In this document: piece after piece, positions 27,110-32,000 of the stretch
How the letters are laid out: the number at the start of each line of letters is the position of its first letter
Numbering within the stretch: position 1 is the stretch's first letter
Assembly: GCF_000284455.1 (NCBI RefSeq)
Contig: NC_017039.1
Coordinates: forward strand, 2,340,001 to 2,372,000
DNA: 32,000 nt
DNA from: Synechocystis sp. PCC 6803 substr. PCC-P
GTDB taxonomy: Bacteria; Cyanobacteriota; Cyanobacteriia; Cyanobacteriales; Microcystaceae
Direction: 5' to 3'
Made by a program: the position numbers and the translations under genes
Notes under the pieces: model-generated
Database searches by the model: none
What the model was told of the DNA's origin: nothing
The model's input: only the letters and a program-made list of their open reading frames with translations

Positions 27110-28474
27110 ATGGCGATCGCCACTATTAATCCGGCCACGGGCCAAACGGTGCAGACTTTCATCGCCCATAGTCAGGTGGAAGTTAATGCCAAGTTGGATT
27201 TGGCCCAGGAAACATTCCAAAGTTTTCGCCATTTACCTTTTGCTCAACGGGGGCAATGGTTAAGAAAGGCGGCGGATATCCTCGAACAACGGCGGGATGA
27301 ATGGGCCGCCCTGATGACCCTGGAAATGGGCAAATCGATCCCACAGGCGATCGCCGAAGTGAATAAATGTGCCCTGGTCTGTCGTTTTTATGCGGACAAA
27401 GCCGAGGAATACTTAGCCGATGAAGTGGTGACCACCGATGCTAGCCAGAGTTTCATTGCTTACCAGCCCCTGGGGGTAATTTTGGCGGTGATGCCCTGGA
27501 ATTTCCCCTTTTGGCAGGTGTTTCGTTTTGCGGCCCCAGCTCTGATGGCCGGTAATGTGGGTCTGCTCAAACACGCTTCCAATGTGCCCCAATGTGCGTT
27601 GGCGATCGCCGAAATTTTCCAAACCGCCGGGTTTCCCGAAGGAGCGTTTCAAACCCTATTGATTGGAGGCAAAGTGGCCAGTGAGTTGATGGCCGACGAC
27701 CGCATCCAAGCAGGAACTTTAACCGGTAGTGAACCCGCTGGAGCTAGTTTCGCCAGCGCCGCCGCAGGGCAAATTAAAAAAACCGTGTTGGAATTGGGCG
27801 GTTCCGATCCCTTCATCGTCCTCGAAGATGCGGATTTAGACCAAGCCCTAAAAGTAGCTGTGCCAGCCCGGATGCAAAACAACGGCCAATCTTGCATTGC
27901 CGCTAAAAGATTCATTGTCCAAGCCAGTGTTGCTGAGGAATTTTTCCAACGTTTAACCAAAGCATTCCAAGCTCTTAAAGTAGGAGATCCCAGCCTCTCA
28001 ACCACCGATATTGGGCCCCTAGCTACCCCTGATATTTTGGCGGACATTGTTGCGCAAGTAGAACAAACCATTGCTGCTGGAGCCCACTGTCGTTGTGGCG
28101 GCCAAGCCCTAGACCAACCGGGAAATTACTATCCTCCCACCCTGCTCACCGACGTTCCCCCCAACGCCCCTACCTACCGTCAGGAATTTTTTGGCCCCGT
28201 GGCCCTCGGATTTACTGTCGATAATTTAGAGGAGGCGATCGCCTTGGCCAATGACATTCCCTTTGGGTTGGGGGCCAGTGCATGGACAACTAACCCGGAA
28301 AATCAACAAAAACTAATCCGGGGCATAGAAGCCGGGGCTGTATTCATTAACGGTATGACTAAATCTGACCCCCGCATTCCCTTTGGAGGCATCAAGCGCT
28401 CTGGCTTTGGGCGGGAACTTGGCCGCATGGGCATTTTAGAATTTGTCAATGCTAAAACCGTTTGGATTGCTTAG
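27110..28474 (+). CDS. gabD: NAD(P)-dependent succinate-semialdehyde dehydrogenase / aldehyde dehydrogenase
   Basis: ALDH motifs VMPWNFPFWQVFRFAAPALMAGN, LELGGSDPFIVLEDADLD, NNGQSCIAAKRF (catalytic Cys), PFGGIKRSGFGRELG. Confidence 0.88.
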   Translation: MAIATINPATGQTVQTFIAHSQVEVNAKLDLAQETFQSFRHLPFAQRGQWLRKAADILEQRRDEWAALMTLEMGKSIPQAIAEVNKCALVCRFYADKAEEYLADEVVTTDASQSFIAYQPLGVILAVMPWNFPFWQVFRFAAPALMAGNVGLLKHASNVPQCALAIAEIFQTAGFPEGAFQTLLIGGKVASELMADDRIQAGTLTGSEPAGASFASAAAGQIKKTVLELGGSDPFIVLEDADLDQALKVAVPARMQNNGQSCIAAKRFIVQASVAEEFFQRLTKAFQALKVGDPSLSTTDIGPLATPDILADIVAQVEQTIAAGAHCRCGGQALDQPGNYYPPTLLTDVPPNAPTYRQEFFGPVALGFTVDNLEEAIALANDIPFGLGASAWTTNPENQQKLIRGIEAGAVFINGMTKSDPRIPFGGIKRSGFGRELGRMGILEFVNAKTVWIA

Positions 28475-28645
28475 TCCGCCACCATTTTAAAATTATCGCT
28501 CTTCTATTCAGTGTAGGCGGTAAAGTCTATGGGAACTTCCAGTTTAAGGGCTGTCCCGTTAAATATGGCTTCGAGTTTTTGAAGCATAATTTTCTAACGT
28601 CTGTGGATTTTTTTAAGCATAGCTTGACCTTCTGTTGGTCGAATT

Positions 28646-29938
28646 CTAGGGATTTTCATCCATATTCGGTTCATAGGGCAGCTCAATGGTGAACATTGCT
28701 CCCCCAGTTTCATGGTTAGCTGCGGTTAAATTTCCCCTGTGGGCCAGGACAATTTCCTTGGCGATCGCCAAACCCAGGCCACTGCCATGGCGTTGACTAT
28801 CGGGATGTAGGCGAGCACGGGAACTATCACCCCGATAAAGTCGCTCAAAAATGTAGGGTAAATCCCTTGGTTGAAATCCTAGGCCTTGATCCCTAATAAT
28901 CATGGTGATCCCTTCTGTGCCTTGATGACCCTGCACAAAAATAGTCCCTTCCGGTGGGCTATATTTCAGCGTATTGTCCAAAATATTCATCAATACCTGC
29001 ATCAGACGATCGCCATCCCCCTCTAGGTTCAACTTGGTTGGCCCTTGGTAATCCAGGGTGATATTTTTTACCACGGCGATCGGGGTTAATCGCTCCCAGG
29101 TAATGGCGAGTAAATGGCGTAAATTAATCGGTTCTGGCTCGAGGTAAAGATTGGGATTAGCGGTTATTTGGGTTAAATGGAGCCAACTTTCCACCAAATT
29201 CTGCAAACGAGAAATCTCCTTCAACAACCGTTCGGCCCAGTCCCCATCTTCAGCGGGCAGTCGAGCCTGTAAACGTTCCGCAATCAAAGCCACCGCTGTT
29301 AAAGGGGTTCGTAACTCGTGGGCCAGATCGGAAAAAGCTTGATCCCTACCCTGGCGCAGGGCCGCTAAAGTTTGGCGATTTTCCACAAATACAGCCACTT
29401 TGCCTTCTTTGAGGGGAAATCCCGATCCCCTGAGAAGAATCGACTCTGGTGTTAGTGGGCGGTGATTGCCCCAACCTTCCATGGCGGCGGTGAGGGGAGG
29501 AAAAAATGACCATTCCCGAGTCTGGTTAGTTTGGGTTTGCCGGGTACACTCAATTAATTGATCCAATTCGTAGGAGCGAATAAACTCCAAAAAAAGCCTG
29601 CGTTCCCCCGGTTGCCAATAACGGATATGTAGCAAACTTTCAGCCGCAGGATTACACCATTCCAAATTATTTTCCTGATCGATTAATAAATAACCGAGGG
29701 GAGAAAGGGACATTACTCCCCGCCAATGGGCAATGGTATCTAGATATTCCGCACAGAGATCATTTAAGTGATTAATTTCTCGCCGCACCAGGGACACAAG
29801 GGACAGGGAATGGGAAACTTCCTGGGTATCCGGCAGCCCAGTGAGCAATTTTTTAATTTTATTATTGAGCCGAAACCGTTCGATCGCCCCGATGCCAAAA
29901 CCAATTGCCCCGCCGATCGCCAATGTAATTATTTCCAT
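28646..29938 (-). CDS. sphS: PhoR-like phosphate-sensing histidine kinase
   Basis: Short hydrophobic N-terminus, PAS (YLLIDQENNLEWCNPAAESLL), H-box DLAHELRTPLTAVALIAERL, N-box MQVLMNILDNTLKYS and RHGSGLGLAIAKEIVLAHRG. Symbol from recognition of the family and the accD neighbourhood. Confidence 0.87.
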   Translation of the reverse strand: MEIITLAIGGAIGFGIGAIERFRLNNKIKKLLTGLPDTQEVSHSLSLVSLVRREINHLNDLCAEYLDTIAHWRGVMSLSPLGYLLIDQENNLEWCNPAAESLLHIRYWQPGERRLFLEFIRSYELDQLIECTRQTQTNQTREWSFFPPLTAAMEGWGNHRPLTPESILLRGSGFPLKEGKVAVFVENRQTLAALRQGRDQAFSDLAHELRTPLTAVALIAERLQARLPAEDGDWAERLLKEISRLQNLVESWLHLTQITANPNLYLEPEPINLRHLLAITWERLTPIAVVKNITLDYQGPTKLNLEGDGDRLMQVLMNILDNTLKYSPPEGTIFVQGHQGTEGITMIIRDQGLGFQPRDLPYIFERLYRGDSSRARLHPDSQRHGSGLGLAIAKEIVLAHRGNLTAANHETGGAMFTIELPYEPNMDENP

Positions 29939-30076
29939 GTTCTAGCAGTTGCCTAGTCCGGAGCAGCATTTTTTCCACCAGCGATGATAGCAATTATCAT
30001 CAAGTACAGCTAATAGCTAATGCGAACCCATTGAATTCTAGTCTTTTTAAGCTGAATCGCCATCAGTAGATACTTT

Positions 30077-31057
30077 TTAACCATCTTGATTGACGGAAAT
30101 TTGATTATCCACCGCCAGGGCCGTATGGCTGAGCACTAACTCTGGGTTCACCTGATTGGAGTCAGCATTGAGGGGGGGCAAAATGGGATAAAAGGGTTGA
30201 TGTAGGCTAATCAACTGAGCCAAAGTCCTTTTCAGTTGGGGACGGGGCACAATGGCATCGACAAAACCGTGGTGTAGTAAATATTCGGAAGTTTGAAAAT
30301 CGTCGGGTAACTTTTCCCGCAATGTTTGCTCAATCACTCGCCGCCCCGCAAAACCGATGGTGGCTTTGGGTTCCGCTAAAATCAAATCCCCCAACATGGC
30401 AAAGCTGGCAGTCACCCCGCCAGTGGTGGGATGGGTGAGCACAGGGATGTAAAGTAACTTTTGCTCCCGATGGTTTTGCAAAGCTCCAGAAATTTTGGCC
30501 ATTTGCATTAGGCTCAGCATGCCTTCCTGCATTCTGGCTCCACCGGAGGCACAAATAATTACCACGGGCAATCTTTCCAAAGTGGCGTACTCAATTAGGC
30601 GGCATAGTTTTTCCCCTACCACGGAGCCCATACTACCGCCCATAAACCGGAAATCCATTACCCCCAAGGCGATCGGTAGACCGTCAAGGCGACCGTGGCC
30701 AGTTTGCACTGCGTCCGTCAAATCTGTTGCTTTTTGGGTATCGCGGATGCGGTCTTTATAGGATTTGCGGTCTTTAAATTTGAGGGGATCGGTGGGCCGC
30801 AAATGTTCATTGATGGGTTGCCAGGTCTTGGCGTCAATCAACTGGCGAATCCGCTCGTCACTGTCCACCCGGAGATGGTGCCCACATTCGACACACACCA
30901 TCCAATTGCCCTGCAGATCCTTGGTGTAGGTCAACACACCGCAGGCCGGGCACTTAGTCCAGAGACCATCGGCCACCTCCCTTTCCTGGGGGGATTGGGG
31001 CTGGAGCACTGGGGGCTCAGCTTTTTCACGGTTGGCAAACCAATCAAATAGAGACAT
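30077..31057 (-). CDS. accD: Acetyl-CoA carboxylase carboxyltransferase subunit beta
   Basis: Zinc finger [30 protein letters not shown], then [68 protein letters not shown]. Confidence 0.98.
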   Translation of the reverse strand: MSLFDWFANREKAEPPVLQPQSPQEREVADGLWTKCPACGVLTYTKDLQGNWMVCVECGHHLRVDSDERIRQLIDAKTWQPINEHLRPTDPLKFKDRKSYKDRIRDTQKATDLTDAVQTGHGRLDGLPIALGVMDFRFMGGSMGSVVGEKLCRLIEYATLERLPVVIICASGGARMQEGMLSLMQMAKISGALQNHREQKLLYIPVLTHPTTGGVTASFAMLGDLILAEPKATIGFAGRRVIEQTLREKLPDDFQTSEYLLHHGFVDAIVPRPQLKRTLAQLISLHQPFYPILPPLNADSNQVNPELVLSHTALAVDNQISVNQDG

Positions 31058-31170
31058 ATTTGTTCGGGGACAGTGGCGATCGCCGGGGTAATCCAGAATA
31101 CATTCGCCATTCTACCAAGATCGTTGACCCCGCTTTGGCGATCGCCGGGTTGTCAGGGCTACAAAAGCCA

Positions 31171-32000
31171 TTATTGCGTGGAACCTTGCAACACCCAGGT
31201 ATCCTTACTGCCGCCGCCCTGGGAAGAGTTGACCACCAAGGAACCTTTGCGGAGGGCAACCCTAGTCAAGCCACCGGGATGGACATAAATTTCATCGCCC
31301 CGGTTAAGGATATAGGGACGGAGATCCACATGACGACCCTCCACCTGATCGCCGATCAAAGTGGGTACTCGGGAAAGATTTAGCACCGGTTGGGCAATGT
31401 AGTTACGGGGATTATGGCGAATGCGTTCGGCAAACTGGGCCCTTTCCTGGGGGCTGGCACTGGGGCCCATCAACATACCGTATCCCCCAGCTTCGTTGGC
31501 GGATTTGACCACCAATTCCGCCAGATGATCCAGCACATAATTTCTATCTTCTTCTCGCCAGCAAAGATAAGTGGGCACATTGGCCAAGAGGGGTTCTTCC
31601 TTGAGATAGTAATTAATCATCTCTGGCACATAGGCATAGATGACCTTATCATCCGCCACGCCCGTGCCGGGAGCATTGGCCAGGGCCACCCGCCCTTGGC
31701 GATACACTTCCATCAACCCTGGTACTCCCAGAAGGGAGTCTGGCCGAAACACCTCTGGGTCAATGAAATCATCATCCAGACGGCGATAGACCACATCCAC
31801 CCGTTGTAAACCCTTGGTGGTACGCATTTGTAGATAGCCATCGGCCACCACTAAATCCCGACCTTCCACCAACTCCACCCCCATTTGTTGAGCCAGGAAG
31901 GAATGCTCAAAGTAAGCAGAATTATTAATACCAGGGGTTAACACCACCACCACCGGGGCGGCTAAGTGGGGCGGAGCCAGGTTCAGCAAAGTTTCCAGTA
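31171..32000 (-). CDS. Circularly permuted ATP-grasp family protein, 5'-truncated by the window edge
   Basis: Continues open past the track's TTG start at 31989 to the window end. Contains [64 protein letters not shown] and [17 protein letters not shown]. Confidence 0.9.
   Translation of the reverse strand, partial: LETLLNLAPPHLAAPVVVVLTPGINNSAYFEHSFLAQQMGVELVEGRDLVVADGYLQMRTTKGLQRVDVVYRRLDDDFIDPEVFRPDSLLGVPGLMEVYRQGRVALANAPGTGVADDKVIYAYVPEMINYYLKEEPLLANVPTYLCWREEDRNYVLDHLAELVVKSANEAGGYGMLMGPSASPQERAQFAERIRHNPRNYIAQPVLNLSRVPTLIGDQVEGRHVDLRPYILNRGDEIYVHPGGLTRVALRKGSLVVNSSQGGGSKDTWVLQGSTQ

Noticed and set aside
28462-28692. 76-aa ORF in the gap between the gabD and sphS stops
   Set aside because: Overlaps both convergent genes, with no RBS or motif. 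I considered a small protein or RNA here but had no positive evidence.
31060-31383. 107-aa + ORF opposite the ATP-grasp 3' end and intergenic region
   Set aside because: Mostly antisense to the ATP-grasp CDS, with no recognised features.

Overview
This 32-kb window has a cyanobacterial gene repertoire. The organisation, the 38-codon psbI and the many HIP1 palindromes (GCGATCGC) match what I know of Synechocystis sp. PCC 6803-type genomes (recognition from memory, not a database result). The flanks hold ordinary genes: a truncated PAS-GGDEF-EAL protein, an NCS2-like permease, an RsuA/RluB-type pseudouridine synthase, a YqeG-type HAD phosphatase, a DUF3769/LptD-like protein, psbI (missing from the ORF track), a DUF721/DciA-like protein with a C-terminal zinc ribbon, a lone HAE1-type RND transporter, a succinate-semialdehyde dehydrogenase, sphS, accD and a truncated circularly permuted ATP-grasp protein. 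The standout is one 14.4-kb ORF (9150..23513, 4787 aa) for a giant DUF4347 / Ig-like repeat / DUF4114 putative surface or secreted protein. Its core is 13 A modules (297 bp) and 6 B modules (294 bp) in strict A-B-A higher-order units of 888 bp (6.33 copies, 11841..17465). The units are nearly identical at the nucleotide level. Synonymous marker differences show that the 888-bp trimer, not the single domain, is the recent unit of amplification. It is followed by four 318-bp modules with EF-hand-like loops, three Asp-rich ~0.4-kb modules and about four DUF4114-like C-terminal segments. No CRISPR array, tRNA, rRNA or transposase is evident. I do not see a clearly novel multi-gene system; the giant repeat protein is the best candidate for follow-up.
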